Positions 32,085 to 42,074 of a DNA stretch of 64,000 bases are shown piece after piece. Made by a program: the position numbers and the translations under genes. The DNA lies in contig CAYNAR010000001.1 in the NCBI GenBank assembly GCA_964395625.1, positions 19 to 64,018 of the forward strand. Reading direction: 5' to 3'. Position 1 is the first letter of the stretch; the number at the start of each line of letters is the position of its first letter. This DNA comes from an uncultured Gammaproteobacteria bacterium. Its GTDB lineage: Bacteria; Patescibacteriota; Patescibacteriia; Patescibacteriales; WJLG01. The notes beneath the pieces are model-generated. The model did not search any database. It had not been told where the DNA came from and saw only the letters and a list, made by a program, of their open reading frames with translations.

Positions 32085-32585
32085 TTAATCGATCTTTATG
32101 ATTTTGTATTCGACGACTTTGTCTTTTAATTTGACCAAGGCGCTTTGGCCGACATTTTTTCCAAGTAGGGCCGAGCCGAGCGGGGAGCTTTTGGAGATGA
32201 TGCCTCGGGATGGATCGCTTTCTTCCGAGCCGAGGATGGTGTAGGTCTTGGTCTTGCCGGCGGATTCCACGGTTATCGAACTACCCAAAGAGACGACCAG
32301 ATTATTTTTGCTGGGCTGTATTATCTCGGCCTTTTTTAGTAATTCTTCTATATCGGTGATGCGCTGGTTGATGCCTCTCAAACGTCCTTTGGCGATCTGG
32401 TAGGCGGCGTTTTCGGAAAAGTCGCCGTCCGAAGCCGCTTTCTTCACGTCTTCGGCCAGCCTTGGGCGGACTGTTTTGGTTAATTTTTCCAATTCCGCGC
32501 TTAATTCTTGGTATCTTTTGGCCGTCATAAGGCCGTCGCCCTTGGGCAAAAGGTATTTATCGGCTTTTCTTGTTGGAACACGCAT
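32085..32585 (-). CDS. greA: Transcription elongation factor GreA
   Basis: 166 aa. Coiled-coil N-terminus with the DFSENAAY acidic tip. C-terminal FKBP-like domain. Confidence 0.85.
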   Translation of the reverse strand: MRVPTRKADKYLLPKGDGLMTAKRYQELSAELEKLTKTVRPRLAEDVKKAASDGDFSENAAYQIAKGRLRGINQRITDIEELLKKAEIIQPSKNNLVVSLGSSITVESAGKTKTYTILGSEESDPSRGIISKSSPLGSALLGKNVGQSALVKLKDKVVEYKIIKID

Positions 32586-32659
32586 AATTTTGTCGGTTAT
32601 TATTCAATAATAGCAAGAAAATAAGGAAAAAGGAAAGGGGTGATGAAAATCATCATATA

Positions 32660-32688
32660 TTGACAAAATGTTTAATTTATGCTATCAT
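32660..32688 (+). promoter_or_regulatory. Sigma70 promoter with extended -10
   Basis: TTGACA (32660-32665), 17-nt spacer, TGcTATCAT (-10 at 32683-32688). Confidence 0.65.
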
Positions 32689-32785
32689 TAAGCACGAACG
32701 GTGAGGCGAATGTTTCATCGGTCTTATTCAATCGTTTTTTACAATTAAATATTTTTAACCATTTATAAGGAAAGGGGTAGGCTTA

Positions 32786-34936
32786 ATGAAAAAGCTTATC
32801 GGTTTTGCGGTCGTGTTGTTTTTGGTTTGTTGTTTGTCGGTTTTTGCCGGGAGCGCTAATGATACTTATAAAAGTTTTGTTGGCGATAACTCAGTTCTGG
32901 CTGTATGTGTTGTTAAGGATACTATTTGTATTGGAACGAACGGTGGTCTTGAGCTTTTTCAAAAAGACAGTACGAAAAAATTCAGCAACGGTTTGTCCTG
33001 GCAGGTGTTCACAACGCTGAACAGTCCTTTGCCCAGCAATTATGTGCGTGCCGTCGCCATGGACTCCTCTGGTAATATTTATGCAGGCGGAGATGGTTGG
33101 ATGGTGTGCAAGTCTGGAAATAGTTGGACAAGGATACCGGCTCAGCAAGTGGAGCAACTTTTAATTGTTTCAGATGGTCCGAATTATGTTAAATGGGCTA
33201 TTATGACTCGGGACAATAAGCATGGTCTTTATGTCGACAATGGTATGGGCTTTATGCTTGTGCCGCTGCCATCAACTATTCCTCTCTCGGATTGCTCAGT
33301 TGGGTTTTCTAAGATTGCGGTTGGTAATTATGGTAATGGTCTGGACAGTTCGTATCATGCTCTTTGGGGAACATTTCCTAACGGGGTATACTCATACGAT
33401 CTTATTTCTGGGAATTGTAAAGTGTGGTTGGTTGGAACTGATTTGATTGCCGGAGCCCCGCTGAATATCGCCGCTAGTGGTGATACGGTTGTGGTTACTG
33501 GCGAATCAGGGGTTTATTTTTTCGCTAACGGGAAAAATTCCAACCCGGTCGTCATTGCCTATCCGTCTCAAGTCTCGACTCAGACGCAGCCTCCTTCGAT
33601 GCCTCGTAATAATGCTGGTTCAATTGCTATTATGGGAGGAAATATCTATGTTGCCAGCAGGGATGGTCAGCTTTATCGATCTTCTTTTTCTGGACCATTT
33701 TCTGTTGCCTATGGCAATAATGCCGGTGGTGATGATCGTGTCGGCGCTAATTGTTTGATAACGGACGGTTCAAAGCTTTATTGGGGAACGGATTGGCATT
33801 TAATGGTTTATCCACCTTTAGTAAATCGATCGATTACCGGTATTCGTTATCCGCATGACAACAACATAACGCATATTAATCGCGACAATACTGGCCGTAT
33901 TTTGGTCGGAGGTTATTTCGGAGGATATCGTTATGAAAATAACAGTCAGTCGCCAATACTGAATAATGGTGAAATGAATGTTTCTGGACCGGTTTTAGCA
34001 TCTTTCGTCGATAATAAAAATGCTGAATGGGTTTGGGAAAACACTAAGCTAACCAGAAACGGAGAAGCGGTAAACCTGCCAGTTTCTACAACCGGTCTTA
34101 ATTATCCTTTCTGGCTCCTTCAGGGGCCGAGTTCCAGCGCCAGTGACCTTTGGCTTTTAACTAGTGACCCTGTTCATCGTCTGCAAGTTTATGCAGGCGA
34201 AGGAACTTGGGGTAATCAATTAAACACCCCGGAAGAACTAGCTAAAGAAGAAATTCTTTCTGCTTCTTCGAATGGAAAGAAGCTTTGGATCGGTACTGAC
34301 AGTGCTGTTTACTCTTATGACTTTATTGGGAGTTGGACACGTTATGAAAGGGGATATTCAAGAAAAAGATTCGTAATCGGCGCAGACGAAACAGTTTATG
34401 TTTTTGATTATGACAATTTAAATAATTGTTATCGTTTGTGGGATTTGGAAAACAGAATAGGAACAAAAAGTTTCCCGCAAGGAAGAGAAATAAATTCAGT
34501 CTATAAAAAAGACTCTACTTTCTGGATTGCCACTAATTCAGGTGCTTACTATCTTAATTTAAAAGAGGATGAGCGTATTGGCTCTTTCTGGCAAGATGTT
34601 CCGCTGCGAATCGAGTCTGGATATAGTCACACGCTCGCCGATGATTACGTTAATACGATTTACGTTGATTCGGCGACGAATTCCGTGTGGTTCGGCACGC
34701 AAGGTGGCCTGACCGTTTGGCATCGCCCGCAAGCGACTTCGGTCAAGCAGGCCTTGAAACCGGCGATTAAATTGCAACAGCAAAGTAGGTTTTTCGATTC
34801 TAAAACCATTGACTTACGAGGTCGGAAAATCGGCTCAAGCGATTATCGCTCCGCATGTGGAGTTAATATTGTTCAGTTGCCGAATGGAGGAATGGTTAAA
34901 AATTTGAACCTTAACCGATCAGCGAAAAGGCGCTGA
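32786..34936 (+). CDS. Secreted beta-propeller repeat protein (two-component-regulator-propeller-like repeats)
   Basis: 716 aa. Signal peptide. Recurrent motifs of the type V.A...D..GN.W.GT..GL (for example VRAVAMDSSGNIYAGG and VNTIYVDSATNSVWFGTQGGLTVW). Confidence 0.6.
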   Translation: MKKLIGFAVVLFLVCCLSVFAGSANDTYKSFVGDNSVLAVCVVKDTICIGTNGGLELFQKDSTKKFSNGLSWQVFTTLNSPLPSNYVRAVAMDSSGNIYAGGDGWMVCKSGNSWTRIPAQQVEQLLIVSDGPNYVKWAIMTRDNKHGLYVDNGMGFMLVPLPSTIPLSDCSVGFSKIAVGNYGNGLDSSYHALWGTFPNGVYSYDLISGNCKVWLVGTDLIAGAPLNIAASGDTVVVTGESGVYFFANGKNSNPVVIAYPSQVSTQTQPPSMPRNNAGSIAIMGGNIYVASRDGQLYRSSFSGPFSVAYGNNAGGDDRVGANCLITDGSKLYWGTDWHLMVYPPLVNRSITGIRYPHDNNITHINRDNTGRILVGGYFGGYRYENNSQSPILNNGEMNVSGPVLASFVDNKNAEWVWENTKLTRNGEAVNLPVSTTGLNYPFWLLQGPSSSASDLWLLTSDPVHRLQVYAGEGTWGNQLNTPEELAKEEILSASSNGKKLWIGTDSAVYSYDFIGSWTRYERGYSRKRFVIGADETVYVFDYDNLNNCYRLWDLENRIGTKSFPQGREINSVYKKDSTFWIATNSGAYYLNLKEDERIGSFWQDVPLRIESGYSHTLADDYVNTIYVDSATNSVWFGTQGGLTVWHRPQATSVKQALKPAIKLQQQSRFFDSKTIDLRGRKIGSSDYRSACGVNIVQLPNGGMVKNLNLNRSAKRR

Positions 34937-34951
34937 TTAAGAAATAGTTTT

Positions 34952-34988
34952 GAGCCGCGGATGAATTTTCATCCCGGCTCTTTTATTT
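34952..34988 (+). terminator. Rho-independent terminator
   Basis: gagccgcggatga / tcatcccggctc stem followed by a T-run. Confidence 0.8.
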
Positions 34989-35116
34989 TGGTTGAATATT
35001 AGAATAAAATATGAAAAATAGCCTATTTTAAATGCGTAGGGCTTATTTATTATCCTTTCTTTTTTACTAGCGATTTGCTAAACTTAACTCAAGAGACCGC
35101 TAAGCGGCTTATTTTT

Positions 35117-35563
35117 ATGTTTATCAAATTCATCAAATATCTTTGGTCGCTCAAAAGGCAATTCGTCAAATATTTCATAGTCGGAGTTTCCGGCTTGGTG
35201 GTAGATTTTGTATTTTTGGTTTTTTTTAAAGAAATAGCTGGGTTGGATCCGATTTGGGCTGGTGCCTTGAGCCAGGTTTTTTCCATCACTTTTATTTTTT
35301 TGGCTAACAAATATTGGTCTTTCAACTCTTCTTTTCAGGCTCGCAAGCAGCTTATCAGATATTTCATCGTGCTAGGCTTCGATTATCTGTATTGTTTTTT
35401 TGCCATGTATGTCGGCACGAAGGTTTGGGATTTTGATTATCGCTTAGTTCGTCTTATAACCGTCGCCATTATGGTTTCTTGGAATTTTTTCTTATATAAA
35501 TATTTTGTCTATCGCAAGCCGCCAGTTGTTGTCGAAAAGATCGACGAGGCTCCGAAGGTTTAA
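35117..35563 (+). CDS. GtrA family membrane protein
   Basis: Four TM helices. GtrA-like start FVKYFIVGVSGLVVDFVFLVFF and the NKYWSF motif. Confidence 0.75.
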   Translation: MFIKFIKYLWSLKRQFVKYFIVGVSGLVVDFVFLVFFKEIAGLDPIWAGALSQVFSITFIFLANKYWSFNSSFQARKQLIRYFIVLGFDYLYCFFAMYVGTKVWDFDYRLVRLITVAIMVSWNFFLYKYFVYRKPPVVVEKIDEAPKV

Positions 35564-35582
35564 TAAAGAAATAAATAAAAAT

Positions 35583-36305
35583 ATGATCAAAAATAGCGAA
35601 TTAGAGCATGACAAAAAAATCTTGGAGGGCGCTGAAAAGGTTTGGGGGCGTTCTGGCGAGGCGGGAAAGCGTCGCTTGAAGCGTCGTGCTGAAATGGTTA
35701 TTGAGTATTGCGGGATAGACTCCGGTAAGAGAGTCTTGGAGATCGGGTGTGGCACTGGAACGTTGACAGAAAGTCTTGTGGCTACCGGCGCCGAGCTTGT
35801 TGCCACCGATATCTTTGAGGATTTTTTAAAGGTGGTGGAGGGTAAGATCGGTCATAATAAAAATGTTTCTTTTAGAATTGTTGATGCGGAAACTTTGGAT
35901 GGTTTTGCCGACGAGAGTTTTGATGCTGTCGTGGGTCTTTCTATATTGCATCATTTGGATATCGATAAGACTTTCGCTTCCATAAAAAGAGTTTTGAAAC
36001 CTGGCGGTAAGCTGGCTTTTGCCGAGCCGAACATGATGAATCCTCAGATAGTCGTGCAAAAGAACATTCCACCGATAAAGAAGATTATGGGCGATTCTCC
36101 GGAGGAGACAGCTTTTTTCCGTTGGCCCTTGGCCAATAAGCTTAAGGGGTTGGGTTTTAGCGAGATAAATATAGTGCCCTTTGATTTTCTGCATCCGTCT
36201 GTACCAAACTTCTTAGCACCTATAGTTGATAAGCTTGGTTTTTTCCTTGAAAAATTACCAGTAAGAGAAATCGCCGGCTCGTTGTTTGTCGGCGCTAAGA
36301 AATAA
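35583..36305 (+). CDS. Class I SAM-dependent methyltransferase
   Basis: ATG at 35583. Motif I VLEIGCGTG. Post-I ATDI. Motif II/III VVGLSILHHL...LKPGGKLAF. Confidence 0.8.
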   Translation: MIKNSELEHDKKILEGAEKVWGRSGEAGKRRLKRRAEMVIEYCGIDSGKRVLEIGCGTGTLTESLVATGAELVATDIFEDFLKVVEGKIGHNKNVSFRIVDAETLDGFADESFDAVVGLSILHHLDIDKTFASIKRVLKPGGKLAFAEPNMMNPQIVVQKNIPPIKKIMGDSPEETAFFRWPLANKLKGLGFSEINIVPFDFLHPSVPNFLAPIVDKLGFFLEKLPVREIAGSLFVGAKK

Positions 36306-36309
36306 AACT

Positions 36310-36951
36310 ATGAAAGAATTGATTTTGCCAAAAAAGTTCTACAACACCAACGCCGAAGATCCGACATTGTACTATCGTTTACCTTTGATAGGTTATGTGT
36401 ATCAAAAGCGTTTGGAAAATACTCTGCAGTTGACGGAAAAAGTCGATGGTAAAATATTGGACGTCGGTTATGGTAGCGGCCTGCTTTTCCCTTCCTTGTT
36501 AAAGAAGTGCTCTTCTTGCTATGGTATCGAGACGCATGGCAATGAGGGCAAGGTGCGCTTGATGCTTGATAATGAAAAGATTTCGGCCGATAAGGTGACG
36601 CTCGTTTCGGGCAGTATTCTGGAAATGCCCCTTGAGGACGATTTCTTTGACGAGATAGTTTGTGTCAGCACCCTTGAACATATAGTCGAATTGGATAAGG
36701 CCATGTTGGAGATGAAGAGGGTCTTGAAAAGTGGGGGAGTGGCGGTGCTTTCTTTTCCTGTCAGAAACAAGATAACAGATGTCTTTTATAGAATTTTTGG
36801 CTACGACCCGCGCAAACTTCACCCTTCTTCTCATCGCGATATAATCTCTTCGGCCGAGAAGTTCTTTAAGGTTGAGAAGATTCTGTCTTTTCCGAAGATG
36901 TCCAATCTGGATTTGTCGTTGTATTGTACGATAGTGGTGCGCAAGGCTTAA
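36310..36951 (+). CDS. Class I SAM-dependent methyltransferase
   Basis: ATG at 36310. Motif I ILDVGYGSG. Also VCVSTLEHI...LKSGGVAVLSF. Confidence 0.75.
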   Translation: MKELILPKKFYNTNAEDPTLYYRLPLIGYVYQKRLENTLQLTEKVDGKILDVGYGSGLLFPSLLKKCSSCYGIETHGNEGKVRLMLDNEKISADKVTLVSGSILEMPLEDDFFDEIVCVSTLEHIVELDKAMLEMKRVLKSGGVAVLSFPVRNKITDVFYRIFGYDPRKLHPSSHRDIISSAEKFFKVEKILSFPKMSNLDLSLYCTIVVRKA

Positions 36952-36973
36952 ACTATTTTTAGAATACACAAGG

Positions 36974-37006
36974 ACACCGGGCGTCGTAAGGCTCCGGTGT
37001 TTTTTA
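36974..37006 (+). terminator. Rho-independent terminator between convergent genes
   Basis: acaccgg / ccggtgt stem followed by T6. Confidence 0.75.
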
Positions 37007-37708
37007 TCCTTTGGCTACGACCAAGCCCCAGACTGTTTTTGCGCCATGTTTTTTTAAGGTCTTAGCCGCTTCTTCTAGTGTCGCACCGGTCGTGACAACG
37101 TCATCGATCAGTATTATTTTCTTTCCATTCAAATTTTCTCCGTTGTATTCGAAGCATTCGCGAAGATTATCCTTTCTTTTTTGTCCTGATAATTTGGCCT
37201 GCGGTTTGGAATTTTTCTTTTTTATGAGACCTGGTAGTACTTGCCAATTTTTCGTTGCCGCTATTTTTTCGGCTAGTAAGGAAGATTGGTTGAATCCGCG
37301 CCATCTTTCCCTTTGTTTGCTTAGCGGTATTGGCATTAAGAAAAATTCTCCTTTGAAAAGTTCGCCATTGACCATTTTATGCTTCTCTAGATTTTTAAGA
37401 ATGAAAAGACTAAGCTCGTTAGACAACGTCTTTATGAAATTATATTTCAAGTGCTTTATCGATTCTTTTAATTCTTTCTGTTCGTAGTTTCCGGCGGAGA
37501 ATATGCCGTCCAGGTGGAAATTCTTTCGGCAGGATTGGCAAGTCTTGCCGTTGACGTCGATTTTTTTACAGAATGGGCAGTTTTGCGTAGTCGTTTGCGC
37601 GATTTTTTCGAAACAGTCTTTGCAGATAATTTCACCCTCCTTTTTGCAGATGATGCATTCTATCGGGAAGATAACATTTAATATTGAGACAAGACCCCTC
37701 CTTATCAT
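37004..37708 (-). CDS. comFC: ComF family protein (phosphoribosyltransferase-like, competence-associated)
   Basis: N-terminal double zinc motif C..C...C..C plus CPFC...C..C. C-terminal PRTase motif KKIILIDDVVTTGATL. Confidence 0.8.
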   Translation of the reverse strand: MIRRGLVSILNVIFPIECIICKKEGEIICKDCFEKIAQTTTQNCPFCKKIDVNGKTCQSCRKNFHLDGIFSAGNYEQKELKESIKHLKYNFIKTLSNELSLFILKNLEKHKMVNGELFKGEFFLMPIPLSKQRERWRGFNQSSLLAEKIAATKNWQVLPGLIKKKNSKPQAKLSGQKRKDNLRECFEYNGENLNGKKIILIDDVVTTGATLEEAAKTLKKHGAKTVWGLVVAKG

Positions 37709-37718
37709 TTTTGTTTTT

Positions 37719-37746
37719 TAAAAGCCGGATTGCTCCGGCTTTTTTT
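37719..37746. terminator. Terminator hairpin
   Basis: agccgga / tccggct stem flanked by an A-run and a T-run. Confidence 0.7.
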
Positions 37747-38983
37747 ATAATTTTATCTTTCTTATTAAAGAGTCTTTGCTGTCGGTGAAGTAAATGGTTT
37801 TCTCGTCGTCGCTTACTATTAGATTCGTTATGCCATATCCTTCTTCGGTTGTTGCGATCAGCTCTTTCACGCCTGTCTTTATGTTTATTCTGTATAAGTC
37901 GTCGGCCGTATCGTTTGCCATTTCCGGGAATATACCGGATCCTTCCGGCAATGTTTTTGGTACACCGCAATACATCGTCTCCGTGTCGTGGAAAGTGCAT
38001 TTTGATGCCCATGTCTGCACATTCAGTTTTTTTCTATTCGATCCTATATCGTCGCCTTGGCCATCGACGACCCATAGTTCCGGTTTGCTCTCCTCGTTTA
38101 ATGAATAGACGCTGTAGGCCAGCTGTTGTCCGCTCTTAGACCAGAGTGGCTCGAAACCGCGACCTTCGACTATTGTAGATTTGAAGTTTTCTTTATTTAA
38201 TCCGACGAAGAAGACTTCTTTTCTGTTGAAGTCAACTCCTTCGGTGTACATAGCGACCGTTTGATTGTTCGGTGACCAGGAAGGAATGACGGTGTCGGCG
38301 TTTTTGCCGATAAATTCTAGCGGTTTAGAACCGGAGCCGTCGCTATTGGATATCGCTAGCCAACGATTTTCGACGTCCACTCCGATACTTTTCATGATTA
38401 ATTGTTCGCCGTCTGTCGAAAAATCGAATTGTTCCCAGTGCTTTGGTAGTGTGACTTGTTTATTGGAATTGAAGTCGTAGACGATGTTTGATCCATCCGG
38501 GTATTCCAAAACCGCTTTATTCTTTTTAGGCGACCAAGTGACTTTGTCCACATTGTAGAAGGTTTTGTCTGTAAGAAGGGAGATATTGCCGTTTTCGTCG
38601 ACTCTGTAAAATTTTCCGTCGTTCCTATCGTAAAAGTTGACATCTTTACCGTTAGCGCCTAAAGAAGGACTTAGAGCCGGGTTTTGTGTGACGGTGGTAG
38701 TCTTTGTTAATCCACCATTAGCCTCTTCGGAAGGTTTCTCTGTGTTTGTCGCGACTATTTTCTCTGTGCCGGTATCATCTATGATTACTTGTGGCTGTCC
38801 AGTCTGAGAGCTTGTCAGTTGCCCCTGTTGTGTGGTTGCGCTGGTCGTAGCTCTGATTCCTTCCGGCGGATTCGCGACTATTCCTTTGAAGAAGTTAATG
38901 TATAGCAGATAGGCTATCAGGACTATAAAGCCCAGAAAGGCAATAATGATAAAGACCCTTTTATATTTTTGGAAGAAGTTCAT
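37745..38983 (-). CDS. Membrane-anchored TolB/PD40-like beta-propeller protein
   Basis: 412 aa. N-terminal TM helix. Repeated W-SP-type blades (VTWSPKKNKAVL, PSWSPNNQTVAM, PLWSKSGQQLAY). Confidence 0.65.
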   Translation of the reverse strand: MNFFQKYKRVFIIIAFLGFIVLIAYLLYINFFKGIVANPPEGIRATTSATTQQGQLTSSQTGQPQVIIDDTGTEKIVATNTEKPSEEANGGLTKTTTVTQNPALSPSLGANGKDVNFYDRNDGKFYRVDENGNISLLTDKTFYNVDKVTWSPKKNKAVLEYPDGSNIVYDFNSNKQVTLPKHWEQFDFSTDGEQLIMKSIGVDVENRWLAISNSDGSGSKPLEFIGKNADTVIPSWSPNNQTVAMYTEGVDFNRKEVFFVGLNKENFKSTIVEGRGFEPLWSKSGQQLAYSVYSLNEESKPELWVVDGQGDDIGSNRKKLNVQTWASKCTFHDTETMYCGVPKTLPEGSGIFPEMANDTADDLYRINIKTGVKELIATTEEGYGITNLIVSDDEKTIYFTDSKDSLIRKIKL

Positions 38984-39151
38984 TTTTTTATTTTACCCCC
39001 GCTAAAATATTGGCGGAGGATATTATCGGCCAATGGTCGCAAGGTTTCTTATGTCGATAAACCTTTGTCGTTTCCACTGGTCTTATGCTATAATATATTA
39101 TATAATAAAAGATGATATATTTCAAAGAGATAAAATAAAGATAAAAAGATT

Positions 39152-40183
39152 ATGCCCAACGGAGGATATATAGGAGTCGACATAGGAACGTCTTCCATTA
39201 AGATGGTCGAACTATCTAAGAGTGGTGGAAAATTGGAGTTGGTGACTTACGGTTACAGTGAGAATGCCCATGAAGGGGCAATGGAAGGATGGACTAAGAA
39301 TACCGACTATGTCGTCAAAGTCATAGACAGCATCTACAAGAAGATGGAAGCTTCTACTAATAAAGCAATAGCCACATTGCCGGCTTTTTCCGTATTCTCT
39401 TCTATAATAAACTTACGCAATGTGGACAAGAAGACGATGGCTTCTGCCGTGGAGTGGGAGGCTAAGAAGTTCATTCCATTACCGCTAGAGGAGATGATTT
39501 TGGATTGGAAGTTGATTTTTAATGGTAAAGGCGTCAATAAGGACGGTCAAATGGTGTTTTTAACCGGGTCTCCTAAAAAGTTAGTGAAAAAATATGTAGA
39601 TATATTCAGAAAGACGATGGTTAATCTCGTTAGTCTGGAGACTGAGACTTTCTCTTTGATAAGATCTCTCTTGGGCGACGACAAGTCTACTGTCATGATG
39701 GTAGAGATGGGCGCTAGCAATACCGATATTTGTATAGTCAAAGAAAGTATTCCGATGGTTTCGCGCAGTTTGGATCTTGGTGGTAGGACTATAACTAAAG
39801 CTATATCTTCGACTCTTGGCATAGGGCAATTTAGGGCCGATCAATTCAAGCGAGACCTCGGTTTCGCCAGCGCTCAGGGTAGCGATGGTGTGATACCTAA
39901 GACGATTTCTAATTCCGTAAATCCGGTGGTCGATGAGATTAGATATCTTTTAAATCTTTTTCAAAGCAAGAATAACGAGAAGGTCGAAAAGATAATTTTA
40001 TCGGGGGGCTCCGTTCTTTTGCCCGGTTTAGTCGATCATCTAAGGGAGAAATTGGGCATGACCATTGTTATAGGCGACCCATGGGCAAGAATTTCCTATC
40101 CTCCAGAGCTGAAGCCTATATTGACAGAAATAGGTCCTGGTTTCGCTGTCGCCATAGGATCGGCTATGCGTGAAATAAATTGA
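39152..40183 (+). CDS. pilM: Type IV pilus assembly protein PilM (actin-like ATPase fold)
   Basis: 343 aa. IGVDIGTSSIKMVEL N-terminus. Actin/FtsA-like phosphate motifs. First gene of the pilus operon, after a TGcTATAAT promoter. Confidence 0.85.
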   Translation: MPNGGYIGVDIGTSSIKMVELSKSGGKLELVTYGYSENAHEGAMEGWTKNTDYVVKVIDSIYKKMEASTNKAIATLPAFSVFSSIINLRNVDKKTMASAVEWEAKKFIPLPLEEMILDWKLIFNGKGVNKDGQMVFLTGSPKKLVKKYVDIFRKTMVNLVSLETETFSLIRSLLGDDKSTVMMVEMGASNTDICIVKESIPMVSRSLDLGGRTITKAISSTLGIGQFRADQFKRDLGFASAQGSDGVIPKTISNSVNPVVDEIRYLLNLFQSKNNEKVEKIILSGGSVLLPGLVDHLREKLGMTIVIGDPWARISYPPELKPILTEIGPGFAVAIGSAMREIN

Positions 40184-40185
40184 TT

Positions 40186-41067
40186 ATGGATATATCTTTT
40201 TCTTCAAAAAAGAACGAAGAGGATCCGAGTGATAGGAAGATAGAATTTGGCAAGAAGTTTGATCCTAATCTTGGAGAGGGGCACAAAAAAGGTCCTACTC
40301 TTTCGGATTTGGCTAAAGGTGTTGCGATCGAAGATATAGTGCTTGGGAATGATAAGAAAGATGATAAGAAAAAGGACGATATTCCATTGGGTGATGTTTC
40401 AGATAGTTCGGGAAAAGAAAGTGTTTTTAAAGAATACCTCGATAAGTTTTTGGCGAACTTTAAAGAGATGTTCAGCAAGAAAGAGGTTTCTCTAGGTAGT
40501 GGGGTGTTAGAAGTCAATTTGGTGAAGGAGGAGATAGTCAAGTTTTTTGATTGGCAAAAGGGTGTACTTTTGTGTTTTTTGGTGATTTTTGCCTCTTTAT
40601 CTGTAATAAGTCTGGCAGATTGGGGTATTTCTTGGTGGGGAAATACGAAGAGACGCGACAAGGATGTGGAATATGAAAAGAATTTTGAAAAAATGGTTAA
40701 AGAGATAAAAGATAGTGAATCCAAAGTCGACGAGGTATTGGTTTTTAAGAAGCAGGTGGATATTGCCAATTTCTTATTACAGAATCATATATATTGGTCT
40801 AATTTTTTTGATTTTTTGGAAGAGAATACTTTATCCAACGTTTATTTTTCGGCTTTTTCCGGAAATGTGAACGGTACCTATGTCTTGTCGGCCACTAGTG
40901 ACAATTTTGATGCTATAAATATCCAGACTAAGAAATTTCTAAACAATCCGTATGTTAGGGCGGCCAAGGTTGATGCCGGACAGATTCAAGGGGCTAATGG
41001 TGATGTTGAAGTTTCTTTTAATTTCGTATTTGAATTGGACCCTGAGGTTTTTCTAAAGAAGAAATAA
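40186..41067 (+). CDS. Bitopic pilus-operon membrane protein (PilN-like by position)
   Basis: Start overlaps the pilM stop. Single TM (VLLCFLVIFASLSVISL) followed by a periplasmic domain. The call rests on gene order only. Confidence 0.45.
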   Translation: MDISFSSKKNEEDPSDRKIEFGKKFDPNLGEGHKKGPTLSDLAKGVAIEDIVLGNDKKDDKKKDDIPLGDVSDSSGKESVFKEYLDKFLANFKEMFSKKEVSLGSGVLEVNLVKEEIVKFFDWQKGVLLCFLVIFASLSVISLADWGISWWGNTKRRDKDVEYEKNFEKMVKEIKDSESKVDEVLVFKKQVDIANFLLQNHIYWSNFFDFLEENTLSNVYFSAFSGNVNGTYVLSATSDNFDAINIQTKKFLNNPYVRAAKVDAGQIQGANGDVEVSFNFVFELDPEVFLKKK

Positions 41068-41068
41068 A

Positions 41069-41743
41069 ATGATCGAAGAATTATCAGTAGAAGAAAAAGA
41101 GAAGGAGGAGAAAATGATGCGAGCGCAAAAAGTTAAGCGCCGTGTCAATTTGATATTGAATAATTATTTCGGTTTTATTTTGATCGGAATAGCGGTTGTT
41201 GTGTTGTCTCTTGGGTATTTTTTACTTATTGGCCCAAAATACGACAAAACTATTAAAGCTATCGATGTTTACAACAGGCAAGAAGAAGCGAATTTTACAG
41301 CAAAGAAGAAGGAGCTTTTAAAGGTTAGGGACATGCTCAAGACTTATAACGACGTCGACGATGATTATAAGAAAAAGGTGTATTCGATAGTTCCGGTGCG
41401 CGAGAACAAAGAGGAGATTTTTTCCGAGATAAATTATTTGGTTGGTAGAAACGGATTGATTTTACAGTCTGTATCCTTGAATGAGGCTGGAGGTAGATCG
41501 CCCATAGATTTTATTCCTAAAGAAGAGGATAACTACATAACCAGAAATGAGATAAAGAAGATAAGTATCAGTTTAAGTGTTAGAGGGACGGATTACGAGG
41601 CATTCAAGAACTTCCTATCCGCGATGGAGAATAATCTGCCAGTCATGGATGTAATAGATTTGAATTTTGATCCCACAGGTGAATCTTCCACTTTTCTCAT
41701 AGACACATATTATATACAGGCCGATAAAGAAAAAGAATCTTGA
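41069..41743 (+). CDS. Bitopic pilus-operon membrane protein (PilO-like by position)
   Basis: Single TM (FILIGIAVVVLSLGYFLLI) plus a coiled-coil and ferredoxin-like region. Positional inference. Confidence 0.45.
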   Translation: MIEELSVEEKEKEEKMMRAQKVKRRVNLILNNYFGFILIGIAVVVLSLGYFLLIGPKYDKTIKAIDVYNRQEEANFTAKKKELLKVRDMLKTYNDVDDDYKKKVYSIVPVRENKEEIFSEINYLVGRNGLILQSVSLNEAGGRSPIDFIPKEEDNYITRNEIKKISISLSVRGTDYEAFKNFLSAMENNLPVMDVIDLNFDPTGESSTFLIDTYYIQADKEKES

Positions 41744-41747
41744 AAAT

Positions 41748-42023
41748 ATGACAGTTTCTAGAAAAAAACAAATGATAATTTATGCTTCTTTGCTGTTTTT
41801 AGGCATAGTCTTTTTCGTTTATTTTTATTATAAGGCTTCCATGATAGAGCCTTTAGATGTTCCAGAAGGTAGGACTAGTGTCGATGTCAATAAAAAATTA
41901 ATGGGAGACGTAAAGATAAATGCGGAATTATTCGACACCGATAAATTCAGAAATTTGCGGTTCGATAAGTTGCCGGCTGTTTCATTTCCTGTCGGAAAGA
42001 GAAATCCTTTTAAAACTTATTAA
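41748..42023 (+). CDS. Small bitopic pilus-operon protein
   Basis: 91 aa, one TM helix, tightly packed within the operon. Confidence 0.45.
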   Translation: MTVSRKKQMIIYASLLFLGIVFFVYFYYKASMIEPLDVPEGRTSVDVNKKLMGDVKINAELFDTDKFRNLRFDKLPAVSFPVGKRNPFKTY

Positions 42024-42074
42024 ATTCTTTTGTAGCGACAATGGCTCAGAGGCTCTGTCGCCCCACTTGTTAAA